Below are positions 12,960-27,216 of a DNA stretch of 64,000 bases, piece after piece. The position numbers were made by a program, and so were the translations under genes. The DNA is from Amoeboaphelidium protococcarum X5 (taxonomy: Eukaryota; Fungi; Aphelidiomycota). The first letter of the stretch is position 1, and every line of letters begins with the position of its first letter. Location: contig JALDTO010000208.1 in assembly GCA_023515725.1 (NCBI GenBank), positions 902,534-966,533 of the forward strand, written 5' to 3'. The notes beneath the pieces are model-generated. The model had not been told where the DNA came from and did no database searches. It saw nothing but the letters and a program-made list of their open reading frames with translations.

Positions 12960-13202
12960 CTTTAAATGTTCAAAGTCCTTTATTGGAAATGCGATAAAGA
13001 TGTATGAAGAATAAAGGGGAGAGGTGACTCGCGACGGGCTTTAAAGTGTGACATCATTTAGTCTGACACGCCTCTGAAGCAACGTGGCGTCAATCTAAAA
13101 GGGAAATATTTTACGCGTGTTAAACGAGCACTATAAATCGAGTACGGCAAATGAACACTAAAAATTTTTTTTTTTTTCCAATCATAACATACTCAATTCA
13201 AT

Positions 13203-15689
13203 TCAATTACCATTGTTTGCAACCGGTTCTTCTTTGATTTCCTAGCTCTAAGCAGGCTCTGCTTCCTTTTTGACTTCCATACTAGTTTGATCCTCTTCAG
13301 TCATAGACAGAGGCTGCACCTCCTCTGCCACTTGCGGAAATCGGCACTCGTTCAATCCCTTCGCATTGAACTTGTCTAGCACCGCCTGATCAATCGAGAA
13401 ACCACCACCGACACTATCATCACCAAAGTTCATTCTAACCGTACCGCCCATATAAGAACTCACAGCCGGATAGTACTTGCCATAGTACAAGTCTTTGAAA
13501 GCAATTCCCAAATCTTGTCCATTGATGAAGTAGCGAATCCAACTTCCCTTACACACTGGACGAGGAAGACGGTAAGACACTGCTTGATACTGACTGCGAC
13601 CATCCCAATATCCTGGTAAAGGATCACATGCAGCGCCTTCAGCAGACTCTAAAATACCATTACCATCAGCATCTCTACGTAGAGGAGGAAGACATATCAT
13701 AACACCTAGGATATCGCCAGGTTAATACTGTTCATTTTACGAGTAATCAGCTACACCTAATGCCTAATGGAATAGAGATGGCGGATCACTTCTAAACGAG
13801 TAACTAAAGCTGTCGAAACCGCAAGGAGCTTGTAAATCACCACTGATTTAAGACCAACCAATTCTCAAATTGGATTTCGGTGTCAGCTTTGGTAAGATCT
13901 CACACTCGAAATACCAAATTCCTTCATCAACACCATGAGACGCCTTGCACAAACGATAGCCTTTCTCATTCCAAATAGTAAGGCCATCAGACGAAAACTT
14001 GAACTACTACGCCGAATGGGTCGACTGATTAGACATGCGGACAGTGCCTTGATCTGTAGAAGGATTAGGCAAATCTGGATAGATTTTAATAATCGGCGTG
14101 TCCGGACTAATTTCCTTCTTAACCTTCTTCTTTTTAGGCTTCTTCTCAGACACATTGGCATCATTGACTGATTTGCGCTTATTCTCCTTCTTTGACGTAC
14201 CGCTCTTCTTTGCACCATTCGCATCCTCCTTTAAATCGACACTGCTTGCACTCAACGACAATCTACCGCTCTTCTCCTTACGAGCAATCAGCTCTGGTGG
14301 CATCTCCACAATTCTTCCCTTGTAGATGACACCTTCCAACCTGCCAGTTCTCTTGGCTTCCATATCGGCTGGATAGCGAGACGGATCAGTAAGAGCCCAC
14401 CATCCAACTTATCCTCCCTAAACAGGCACGGTACTCTACAGCTGGATAGAAGAGTCCTAATGCTTACTGCAGATGAAGCGGGCAGGTGAATTTGAACTCA
14501 AAGCACTAGCGATACTGGAATGCCATGGCTCACCATACTTTGGCGTCTCACCGCGCTCTCTTGCATTCTCTACTCCCATGGAAATAGAAGGAGGCTTCTG
14601 CTTGTAGAAGAAACGATGCCAATTCTGTTCAACAAAGGTGCATAGATGCTGCTTCCATTAGAAATAGGTGAGATGGTGAGTATGCGTCAAATGATAAAGT
14701 ACCAAATGGTTAATATCCGCCCAAAGAACGTGCAATCTTTTCAGCACCTCAGGATAAGAATGCTTCGTCGGATCACCTTCCAGAGCAGAGACAGTCTCAG
14801 GCTTCAAGTAGTGCTAAATATCAAAATTTGGCGACGTGCAACGCTAACACTCGTATTGGTAATAATCATCACCAAGGAGAATGCCAAACTCAACCAGAGT
14901 CGGAATACAATGAGGATGGTAGAATCGGTTGCATTTCACACACCGGATCGGTGGCTAGTAAGGTAGGCTAAGTGGATTATTGCAATAACATTAAACCGGA
15001 CGTAGATAAGGCAGACCAACTTATGGCTGAGGCTAAGCCACCTGCCTTGGATTCTTCGCCGGCTGGACATTGTCGCCGTCGCCGTTCTAATCAGTTTCGC
15101 TCTTCGCCGAAACGTCGGCCGATCCAGAAGCGACCGCGCCCGTTGCAGCAACAGGTGCCATTTGGCGCTGATCATTGTGAATATTCTACTGCTGCTGCTA
15201 TTACTACTACTGCTGCTGTAATGCCATTGCAGCAAATCTTGCCATGTATTACTGATACTGTTCAGGAGTAGTTGGCATCTAGAACATTTAACCAAACTGC
15301 TGAGGATTCGCCATCATGAGTTACTACGGATTAACAGCTCCAGGTGGAGGTGGTACCATTTGCATCTACTATTACATCATCATCAGCTATTAAATCATGG
15401 CAGGATTCATTTGCTAACCATACTACATAAACATTTGCATCTACTACTACGCAGCAGCAGCATCTGCAGCACTGAGAGATTGATGGGCATCTTGAGATGA
15501 TGACTGCGTTCCACTCTGTTCGCCACTGCCAGGAGCGTCGCGTACCTCTTCAGCCGATGCATTTTCCAAAGGCGTGGTGTTGTCCTTCACGGGTGGAGCC
15601 GATGATTCAACAGAATTCAAAGAGTCTACACTTGTCAGAGAATCACCATTCTTAGCCAAAGAAGAATTACTTTGATCAACAGAATCCAT
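13203..15689 (-). CDS. ASH2: COMPASS/Set1C subunit ASH2/Bre2 (Gln-rich N-terminus, PHD-like, winged helix, SPRY), 828 aa
   Basis: CYC...CVKCNRFYHPHC...CQRC PHD-like module; SPRY motifs WYFECEI, LQAPCGFD, FINGQDLGIAFKDL, YYPAVSSYMGGTVRMNFG. Confidence 0.9.
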
Positions 15690-16020
15690 AATTTGCGTAG
15701 GAAAACTCTTTCGTAGTTTTGCAAAATGCAAGAACAAGTATTTTCTGAAAAAGATATAGACGAGAGAGCTGGTCGTACGTCCGTCCGTCCGTCTGGAAAA
15801 AAATGAAAAATGACGATTGCGAGTCGGCCGACGAGAGAAACCAGAGCGATGAGTGCGAGCGATCGCGCGAGATGTTGTGAAATAACACTCGCAGCGCATG
15901 CCGTTTCATGTACATCTTCTTAGTATATTGTTGAAACTGGTTTCATTGATTCTAGCCATTAGTTTACTTGCAATACATTTCGCGTCTGACTAGACAATCT
16001 TGATTTTAATTGAAAATGTT

Positions 16021-16135
16021 TGAGAGCTTTCGCCACATTCGGCAAGACTTCGGAACCGATCGAAGTCTTGAATTGACGCCTCTCATATATAATAAGTATA
16101 GCTAACTGCATGAAATTGTCAGTTCTGCTACAGTT
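16021..16135 (+). ncRNA. Candidate box H/ACA-like two-hairpin RNA
   Basis: Hairpin TGAGAG...CAAGACTTCG/CGAAGTCTTG...CTCTCA; ANANNA (ATATAA, 16087-16092); second hairpin TAGC-AACTG/CAGTT-GCTA; ACA at 16130-16132. No target identified. Confidence 0.3.
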
Positions 16136-16284
16136 CTTACCAATGTATTTGCGCGTATATTTTCATATTTGTTAAGTCGACTGTTATTTCATCACTTCAA
16201 CTCAGTTACTGCAAACACTTAGCTTTTGATTTAATCTCTTTATTTTGCTTTTGAATCGAATTACTTTACTGATTAACGAACGAA

Positions 16285-16768
16285 ATGTCAGCAACTACAT
16301 CAAGTAAATTTGTGTAATATCTACAAAGTCCAGATTTTAGAAAATATCTCATGAGTACGGTAAGTTTCTAAATTATCATCATAGTGCTGATTTGTGATTG
16401 ATTGAGTATAAGTGTAGCACTTTTGGGGTCCAGTCGCTAATTGGGGACTTCCGCTGGCAGCGTATAATGACCTCAAGTCTTAGAGTCCGGATTATATTTC
16501 ACCAAATATGACCACCGCCATGACAGTTTACTCTCTGCTATTTATGCGATTTGCCTGGTAGGTGCTGCCTAGAAATTATCTTTTATTCGCGTGTCACGCC
16601 ACTAACGAGTCGCTGCAGCTCACCCAACTCTACCGATGGGCCAATTGGAAGTACGATTGGGGTCTGCCTAAGATTGGATTTGGATCTCAAGTCAAGTCTA
16701 ACGTTATGCCTGATATTGACACCAATTCCAAAGTTGACTGGAACGACAGTAACAGTAAATCAGATTGA
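16285..16768 (+). CDS. MPC1: Mitochondrial pyruvate carrier 1; join(16285..16359,16418..16768)
   Basis: [47 protein letters not shown]; 58-nt GTAAGT...TGTAG intron. Confidence 0.95.
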
Positions 16769-16984
16769 ATCTAAAATTTATATAATTGTGTGATACTAGC
16801 ATCTGTGTTGATTCAGGCGGTGATTTCAATTTGGTGTGTGTGTTCAGGGGTCACTCTGAATTGTAAAGCATTCAACGCGCCATTTTTACGCCAGACAATA
16901 GACAATGGTGCCTCTTTTATAATCCAATTTCTCCACATTTTACACCAGTAACAAAATAATATATTTTCTCACGAGGATTCTAAT

Positions 16985-19213
16985 ATGAAAGCTATTGCGC
17001 TTTACGATTTCAGCGGTGATAAATCAAACGAAGAAATCTCATTTCTAGCTGGCGACTACATTGAAGTCTTGAATGATGGTGGAGACGATGGCTGGTGGCA
17101 TGGAAAGACTGCGAATGGTCAGGTTGGTATATTTCCTAGATTGTATGTTGAGAAGCTGGATGCTATTACAGCAGATCACGATGATTTCCATAGCGCTCGT
17201 GATGAAAGCCCACAATAGTTGCCATACAATGAAAAGCCTCCCACGCCTCCAATGACCACTAGAGATGAATTGGAGAAGCAGAAAGCTGGTGGCTAGCTGT
17301 TAGCTGAAGACTCGAATGCAAGGCTGAATGTCGCGTCAAATGAAGAGGCTGTCGGTGCGTCTCTTGATCGAACAGGATCTTCGGCGTCAGCATGGGCCTC
17401 TCAACTGGCTGATCGCTTAAGAACAATGACCATGTAGAATGAGCAAATGTAGAATGCGCGCGATAATATCAGTAGTCAGTAGCTGAATGGTAATAGCTCG
17501 CCTTCAATGTCCACATTTCCTGTTGAAACTCCTGCGCCTCCTTTACCGTTAGTGCCTACCACTCTGACGACTCCATCCGGCTACAATAGACTGGGTAGAA
17601 TTAGTTCTGACAACTTTGCTCGCGATACTGAAGGGGTAATCGCTGGAGCTGGCAGCACGTATATAACTAGTCCTTAGCATTCTCGCACTGGCACCCTGCG
17701 CGGCGCACCTATATCGTCCTCCGAATTGTTCGCCTAAGGACATCCGGCTGATGCTTTAACTTCAATCCAATCTGGTGGCACTCCAGACTCTTTGGGATCT
17801 CCTGAATAGACTGTGGTTTCTTCACGCCAAGTCACTGATGTATCTGCGGCTGGTACTGGACTCAGACAGAATAAGCTGCCTACCAAGAGCTTTAATCGAT
17901 TTGGATTCTTTGTATCTTCTGGTGTTGAAGAATATCTGCTGAAAGAGATATCTTTGATTCCAGATGTGAGTGTTAAGCATTACTTTATGGAGTCAGTGTC
18001 TGAAGGGGATGACGCGTCCTATAAGTGGGAGTACGCGCCTTATGCAACGAAGTTTGATGTTTGTGTGACTGGGCATTTAGTAAAGACTGGTCTATTGAGT
18101 TCACAAGTCTGGTTTTAGATGCATGAGAAAACGACAGATTCTCATTTTTGTCGCAAGTTGAAGCATTTCGAGTGGCTTCATGCTCAGTTGGAAAAAGAGT
18201 TTCCACTTCTGGCAATATATCCGATGCCTGATTGTGATTTCAGTCATTATGGCAGCAAGGCTTATGATTTGGTTCATAACAAGAATGTTCTGTAGTCGCA
18301 GTTTGCAGGTGGCAAAACAGGGAATTAATATTTGGAGCTGCAGAGACGCTCATTGGAAAGATATATCCGCAAGATTGCGTCTCATCCCGTGTTGAGTCAA
18401 AGTGAATCTTTTAAATTTTTTGTCACTTGTAGCAGTGATCAGGAGTACAAAGTTGGCAGGAAGCGTATTGAGAAGATTTTGTCCATGAAGAATTTAGGAG
18501 AAAAATTCTTCGATAAAGTGCACATATCTAATCAGAATGAGACATTACGCGCCATGAATAATATTGAGAACATGAAAGTCAGTATGCTAGCTTATCAGAA
18601 TTATGTCCAAGAGTTTTAGATGAAGACGGCTTTACTTCTGGATAGCATCGAGCAATTGCGTTAATGCAGCTCATTGTTCTTTTCGCTAAGTCCTGCGATT
18701 AAGAATCTGAATGTTCGTCTTAGCATGTCTCTTATTCGCTTGGTGGGCGCGTCACAGCTTGAAGATGGTTGGTGTTGGCATGGAAAGCAGTGTTAGTAGT
18801 GCTCCTCTATTAATCAAGAGTTTCCTTAGATTAGTCGCAAGGTTGCCGAGTTGGGCGTGTCTTAGAACTAGAGTGTGAACAATGCGCACATCCCAATCAT
18901 TGAAGAGTCTTATGAGTTGTCGCAGTACATTGATAGATTTAGCAAGCTAGTGGAAGTCCATCAAAAGTTAACTTCAACGTTGCAAGCCTGTCTTAAGAAT
19001 ACCGAAAAGAAGAATCTGGAAGTGTCTGCAATGGAGCACTTGTTCAAGAGAGCGAAATTGATCCATGGAGTGGTATCTGCAGAGATGGAGCTACTTCACG
19101 TTCAAGTCGTGGAAGATCTGCAAAGATTGACGCGAAATCTGAGCAATGAAATTGCCCATCACCATAAGAGCATGTCAGAGAAATTTAACGGTGTTAGTGA
19201 TATCCAACAATGA
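16985..19213 (+). CDS. SH3-PX-BAR sorting nexin (SNX9/18/33-like), 742 aa
   Basis: N-terminal SH3 (ALYDF...GWW...GIFP); Pro-rich linker; KSFNRFGFFVSSGVEEYLL; PX (RKLKHFEWLHAQL, RRSLERYIRKIASHPVL); helical BAR-like C-terminus. Confidence 0.85.
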
Positions 19214-20145
19214 ATAAATAATTAAGAGGAATGATTTTAAATTCTATTACCACGGCTAAACTGCTCATTTATTTCCTTCTGTCTTTGTTCTTGTTCACGC
19301 AAATATGCCAAGTGCTTTTGATACATGTACTCCTCCTTCTCTCTGTTCAGAGCTCTCTTCTCCAAAGTTTCCATTTTCGCGTGAGATTTTTTCATCTGAT
19401 CTAGATAATTTTCAAGCTCTTACTATTGTTGCTAATGAGATGTAGATTTTTGTGATTTCTTCTGCTTGTCCCCCCGTTTAATAGTCAGATCCGCAACTTC
19501 TGGATGCCACTCTGCTTGTTTGAACTCAACAGTTTGTGATTCTGTTGACTGCGGCAATTTGACTTTTTGACACAGTTTCAACAGCCTTTATGATTGGCCT
19601 TTGCCTATGAGTATGATACTAGTACTATCAGTCATTGTGAAATCATCTCTCTAAACTTATCCACTATTACCTGAGGAGTAGCCACTTTTTCTTCGCCGTA
19701 ATCTCTTGTTCAATCCAGATGTCTACTCTTCATCCACTGGAGATGTCTGCTTTGATGCGGGCGCAGACTTTGACCGGAGATCCATTCCTGTTTATGACTC
19801 GGTGGACAATTGCAATGGATTCGCTGACGGTAGTGAAGTCCTGCGAGCCGATGTACCAACAACAAGAGGCTATGCACTGGATCGCGCAAATCTTAATTTC
19901 TTATTCAGCTGTGTGGAGATTTTGACTTTAGTACCAGAGGATAAATGATCTCTTTCCGGTGACGTTGGTAAAGAATCTGGCTTAAACTCGTCGTCATCTT
20001 CTTGACTTAATCGCCTCTTGCGGCGACTGGTTGACTCTGACAACTCAATGCTCTCACCCACTGGACTTGACGGCCTGCTTATTAATGGAGCCAGAATTTA
20101 TCTTGATTTTCTAACAATTCTCTTCCATATCTTCCCAGCTACCAT
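19159..20145 (-). CDS. Hypothetical basic low-complexity nuclear protein with weak Sas4/PEHE-like C-terminal motif; 3' end uncertain
   Basis: Open frame from ATG 20145 with NLS-like RRKRR and HAKMETLEKRALNREKEEY. The first TGA is at 19159, inside the convergent SNX gene. Confidence 0.55.
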
Positions 20146-20470
20146 GTTTACTATTATTCTGTGGTTCGGAATAAACGATGAGGAGAGAGATTATAAAGCA
20201 AACTTTCTTTTAGAAATATCAATATTGACTTAGAATGTATGAGCTGACAATAATAAATGGACTTAAACTAACAATAAAGTTACGGACTTGGTCCTATGCA
20301 GTTTTATTGAGCTAGTTTGCAAAGTTTGTTGTTTCAAACAAGAGCTGTAGAGGCGTCGATTATGAAAAATTTACAGCTGATTCTCTCTTGATACAAAACA
20401 AATGAACTATAGAAAGCGGCTTTAGTAAGAGAGAGACGGAGAGAATCTATTCGTGGATATCATCTATGAT

Positions 20471-20917
20471 TCATATGGCCTTGATTAGTTTTCTGTCGTC
20501 CAGAAAAGGTAATGATCTGGATCTTCTATTTAAATGTCCATATTATAGAGGTGCGCCAATCGCTTGTTATCTGTTCGGTCTCGGTTTCAAGTGCTAAATA
20601 GGCAAAGTTTATGATTTTCCAGCGGAGGGAAGATACCGATCGCGTATAGGAAAACCAAAGATCTCATCAAGCGGTGAGAGTTGCCAGTCGGAATTGTCTG
20701 CAAATTCTTAACCATTCACGTCTTTTATGGCATCAAATTGGTGTAAAGAATCACCTTCGCATTAGCTTGTAGGAGTTTTAGTATCTAAATTTAATGGTGG
20801 CCTTGTTTCGTCAGACTGCCTCCATTTCAAAAGTAAAAGAGGGACACTAATCACTACCATGCAAGTCTTTGTAATAACACTAAACACAAAGTTAATGATA
20901 CTAAAGATAAGAGACAT
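20471..20917 (-). CDS. Hypothetical protein with hydrophobic N-terminus, 148 aa
   Basis: ATG 20917 to TGA 20471 is open under TAR=Gln; no recognisable family. Confidence 0.4.
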
Positions 20918-21154
20918 ATTTTTATTTATCGTATATATTGATTGTTTCAATACTACGTATAAAGTCAAGAGAAAGCAAATTACGAAGGACCGGTCCCGAC
21001 TAATCGACATCAGATGATCCGCCCATGATACACCGCAACTCGTGATTTTAAACATCACCTGACTAAGCCAGTTGAATTATCACGGTAAAATGCTATTATA
21101 TACACATATATATTCGTATTTCACAAGCCTGATAATATTAATGCCAATACAACT

Positions 21155-22630
21155 TCAGTAATCAGGAGAGAATTCAAGCATCGCGCTATTCATCAACTTT
21201 CTCTTCTTTTTATCAGCGCCAGTAATCTCCCAAGTCTTGCGATCATCTGGGAAGGGATTATGCCAATCCTAATCGCGAAATTACTGACTTCTGCCAGCAA
21301 ACTGCGGTCTGTTCAAACTAGACTATTACTGGTCCTATCCTTTCAAAAAAGAGTTTATATCTCTGACAACATTTGACTTATCTTTCTTAACTTGTCCACT
21401 CAACTATGGCTTCAAGTAGCCTTTATACTAGCGAAGACCCAAATTTAACACGTCGGAAAATAGCTTAGATATCAACCCAGACAACGGACTCCCCGCTTAC
21501 TAGGATGCAAAGATGATCTCATCAAATAGTCGAATATACAGTCGCGATCTCTCGGTGGTAGAGCGAGTTTGTGGAAATAGAGCTGCGTCAGAATTCTAGT
21601 AGAAATATTTCAACCCATTTAGGAGACTCATGAACTGAGTTGCTTGCTCTTGCGTGAATGTCTTCAACTCAACAAACTGCAAAATAGTCTGACAGATCTT
21701 GGGAAGAGGAGAGCTACTATCACTGGGAGCAAACTATTAGTACAGCACTGTGTCATTGTCAGATAGTGGAATATACTACGTCGCTTCAACCAGTTGCTGA
21801 CAATTTTCGTCACAATCTTCCATGTTCGTCATCGATCCACACTGAACCATACGAGCGAAACTTGATAAAGCGGGATGATTATATTTCACAATAGGCAGCT
21901 TAAGAGTAACATTATTATCCCGCTCTACGATTTGATTTACAAAACAACACGTGTCTGATCTTGTAAGAGCGAACGTGTTGGATTAACCAGGTGCTCCAGG
22001 TAAGGCCATGAAAGCAACTTTATCTTTAGGAATATTTTTACCTTCCGACATTGATACATTAACCGCTACCATTGGCTTGCTCTTTAGACTGACATAGTTT
22101 ATCAGCAGAGCTTTGTCAGCAACCTTTTCAATCTTTAATCGCTTATCCACAAGCTCGCCATCAGTACAGAGATAAAGAGAATCATTGACGATAAATGACT
22201 TGAACTCGAACGTATCGCGTACAATGTTCATCAGAGCCAGAGACAGCGAATGAAGTGATGAGACTGCGACAGAGATACAAATCTACTCACTCAAGTTTTG
22301 TGAACTCTGCTGTCTAACTGCATCGCTGGGCAACTCTTAATCAATATAGATGAGCGATATATTCAGCCGGGTAGTTTTATTTGCAGTCAATTTGGTGAGT
22401 ATATTCTCAAGGAACGGCGCATCCTGACCAGATCCCATATCAAAGATGCAGCATATTGATCCAACATCCGCCACCACAGGACAATTAATTTCCGGCTCTA
22501 AAATTAATTCTTAAACTTTCTAATGATCTTATCTGCTATCCAACAGAATATTCGATGCTGAAGTAGCATATTGCACTATAGAGTTGACATCTAAAGCAGA
22601 GTGATTACTTACACGAAGCCAACGCGACAT
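21155..22630 (-). CDS. Hypothetical protein, 491 aa
   Basis: 1476-nt TGA-free frame with protein-like composition; C-terminal KKKRK. Confidence 0.75.
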
Positions 22631-23050
22631 CTTCAATTTAATTTCAAATAGTTGAGACGGCAATGAACAACGAGGGAGAAAAATAGGAAAAATGCTGAGT
22701 GATGTTAGAGTACAGCAACCAATTGAGAGAAAGCTCTAAGGCTAGGAAAGTATAGAAATATATATCGTGAAAGTTTTTGGAGAAATTAATAATTGATTCC
22801 ACTGTGAACTGAATTATCGCACAATATATCCAGTAGTCTTCACGCGAGAATGTGTCTTACCTCAGTGTGCCTACTTAGTGCCTGATCTCTTGCAACTGTC
22901 TATTCTTCGAAATCGCGCGAGCGGCTCGTCAACCTTTACCGAAATTTTGAGATTGCAAAGTTTTCGTGCGATTATTCTTCCGTTATTGCAAGGAATTTTA
23001 TAATCCATCAGGCACTTCCTCTAGTGAATATATACACGTTAGATATTAAA

Positions 23051-23904
23051 ATGGTAAGCTATTAATTTGGAAATACGCGTTATTTATACTATATTATAAT
23101 TTGCTTATATTCATGTAGGCTCCAAAGGGAAAGAAAGTAGCCGCTAATCCGGCAGCAGCTCCTAAAAAGTCGAGCACTCCATCAAATCCATTGATTTAAA
23201 AGAAGCCACGCAACTTTGGCATTGGAAATGATATTCAGCCAAAGCGTGATCTGTCCCGCTTCGTCAAGTGGCCTAAATATGTTCGCCTGTAGAGATAGAA
23301 GGCTATTCTGAAGATGCGCCTGAAGGTGCCTCCATCCATCAACTAGTTCTCGCGTGTGTTGGACAAAAACACTGCGGTACAGGCATTGAAATTGCTGGGC
23401 AAGTACAGACCAGAGACTAAGGCTCAGAAGAAGGAGCGTTTGACTGCTGTCGCTCAAGCCACTGCAGATGGCAAGAAGGTGGAGAAGAGTGGAAAGAAGC
23501 CTCTCTTTGTCAAATACGGTATTAACCACGTCACTGCGCTGGTTGAGAATAAAAAGGCACAGCTCGTGCTCATCAGCAATGATGTCGATCCTATCGAGAT
23601 TGTCGTCTGGTTGCCTGCTCTTTGCAGAAAGATGGGTGTCCCATATGCTATCATTAAGGGAAAAGCACGTCTGGGAACTTTGGTGCACAAGAAGACTGCT
23701 ACCGCTGTTGCAATCTGTGACGTGCGTGAAGAGGACAAGGCTGAGCTTGCCTCCCTCGTCAAGGCTGTCAAGGCCAACTATAACGATAAGGTTGATGAGA
23801 TTAGAAAGACTTGGGGTGGTGGTGTTATGGGTATCAAGAGCTAGCAGAAGACTTTGAAGAAGGCCAAGGCTGCTGGTGTTCCTCTACAGTAAGCACAAGC
23901 TTGA
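23051..23904 (+). CDS. RPL7A: 60S ribosomal protein eL8 (L7a; yeast L8); join(23051..23053,23119..23904)
   Basis: ATG|intron|APKGKK; [30 protein letters not shown]; [22 protein letters not shown]; WGGGVMG. Confidence 0.97.
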
Positions 23905-24129
23905 ATTTCGCCGCTTTGAATAAATATAATCTTCAGCAGCTTATTTTTTTACGCGTTATATTGATTATAGTCTTGGATTTGTGCCATTTTACATTTAACA
24001 ATCTCTGTGGCTACTTCGGAAGATTGCGTCATCTGGTAGTTTATCAAGAACCACCTTAATAATAATTTAATAAGATAAAGCCGCATTATAAAAGTACACA
24101 ATTGAAGTATGTTTATAATAAGTATTCAT

Positions 24130-25164
<1,035 letters not shown>

Positions 25165-25782
25165 TATGAATATGATATAATGCTTTGAGCTTCCTCGGTG
25201 GTTAGAATTAGAAAAGTAACGCAGTGCGTAAAACTGTAGAGATTCGAAGGCACTGAAAACTGATCAAATGTAGAACTGAAATCGATTGGTAAAAGAATCT
25301 ACTACGATGTCATCAGTTTCAATTAGATTTAAAGTATTATAATTCTGATTTATTACGCCCATTTAAATGATAAAACAATGCTGAAATTTGTGCCAAATTT
25401 CCTACAGATATTTTAATGCGGCAATCTGAAATCGAAAAGTCGAGTTGGCTACAGACATTTGAGAGCTCAACCATACGCGATTATAAGTCAATAATGAAAC
25501 TTCAACTCTAAAGGAGGACTTACGCGACTAAACTAACCAAATAACTTGATAAGGCAAATTCATTCATTGAGCAAAAGAGAGAAATACCGCCAAGGATGTT
25601 TGTGTAACACAATCCATCTCATCGGAAGTTTAAAAACATTGAACCAACAAACTGCACAACTACTATGTTAGGAATACAAATACTAAAACTTAAAATGGAA
25701 CTACAATATAATATTCAGCAGATTTCATAATTCATTGCTTAACTAGATAAACCACGATTATACGCGAGTAACGGCGCAATGG

Positions 25783-25789
25783 TGACTCA
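25783..25789. promoter_or_regulatory. Gcn4/CpcA(AP-1)-type element TGACTCA upstream of PRO1
   Basis: Perfect TGACTCA about 170 nt before the first ATG of an amino-acid biosynthesis gene. Confidence 0.35.
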
Positions 25790-25953
25790 TGTTAGCCGGA
25801 CAAGGGAGAGCTTTCCCATTAGCCCGACCGACATCGATCGATCACCGTGCGAACACAAACTTGCAATCACAAAATTCAACAAGCCGTCCTCAACTTGGCA
25901 ACGCGACTCCCTTTCTATCTATCTATCCGTGTGTGTCTATGCAAACAAAATAA

Positions 25954-27216
25954 ATGCCCGGATCTGCAATAATAATGTCAGCAAAGATTATCGTGATAAA
26001 GGTGGGATCTAGTAGTCTTGTAGATGAGCGAGGCCACCCCAAGATCTCAATGCTCAGCGCCCTTGTTGAAACTTGCATCGCTCTTCACAAAGACGGCATC
26101 AAAGTTGTGATCGTTTCGAGTGGAGCCGTTGCTACTGGTATGATAAGCTTTGGCAAGACGACTAAAGATGGTATGAGTCTGGCTACCAAGTAAGCTATGG
26201 CATCTGTGGGTCAGATATAATTGATGTCTACGTATGATATGTTGTTTGGAAAGGTTGGTCTTAAAGTTTCACAGATTCTACTCACTCGAAGTGATGTGAT
26301 TAATGCTAGCAGATATTAGAATGCATGCAACACGCTAAAGGAGCTTCTCGGTATGGGTGTCATTCCAGTTGTTAATGAGAATGATACTCTTAGCGTTAGC
26401 GAGACCAAATTTGGTGATAATGATACTCTATCTTCAATCATAGCTCTGATGGTACACGCTGATTATCTGCTGTTGCTAACTGATGTTCCCGCTCTGTATA
26501 CTGATAATCCAAAGAGGAATCCTAAAGCGCAGCCATTGAAATTGATTAAAGATTTGGCAGAGTTAAAGACTATCAAGATCGAAGATAGTAGCTCCAATGT
26601 CGGCACAGGTGGCATGATCACCAAGATAATCGCTGCGAAAAATGCAATCAGCGGAGGGACTGGTTGTATGATCATGTGCTCAGATCATGTGTAAGATATT
26701 CCAGAGTTTATTAAAGATGTATAGAATGGAAGTGTTGATAAGCGATATTTGTACACCTATTTTGTGCCTCATCACGTTGATAAATCTGTGGTCAATGTGG
26801 ATCGAAAATTCTGGATTAGAACGTGTCTGACTCGCAACGGAACGTTATATATAGACAATGATGTATTGCAGGGTCTTGTTTGTCCTTAATCTTCTTCTCT
26901 TCTGCTGGCCGGCTTACATTGCGTAGAAGGTTCATTCCAAGATCAAGAGTGTGTATCAATAAATGTAATATCTAGCTCACTAAAGGAGAAACTGGCAGTG
27001 ATGACCAAGAAGGGATTGTCTCACAGCGACCTGCTGCGCCTTGTATTGTAATTAAAAGAATCCGACACTAAGCCTGTCGCGTGTGGTATCGTCAACTTTA
27101 ACTCTGATGAACTGATCAAGTTGCGTGGATGTTAGTCATCTCAAATTCATTAAGTGCTGGGCTACATTCCCGACTATGATAGTGCTATATATAAAGGCAA
27201 TATTTCACTGCTATGA
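25954..27216 (+). CDS. PRO1: Glutamate 5-kinase (start could be ATG 25975)
   Basis: IVIKVGSSSL, VSSGAVATG, QAMASVGQ, PVVNENDT, FGDNDTLS, GTGGMITK; PUA-like C-terminus. Confidence 0.94.

Noticed and set aside
21225-21320. QFAGR motif reminiscent of the Integrator subunit INTS13/Asunder C-terminus
   Set aside because: A five-residue resemblance only; no other supporting similarity is visible.
25779-26027. Possible overlapping uORF ahead of PRO1
   Set aside because: The transcription start is unknown and the ATG overlaps the putative promoter element, so it is probably not transcribed.
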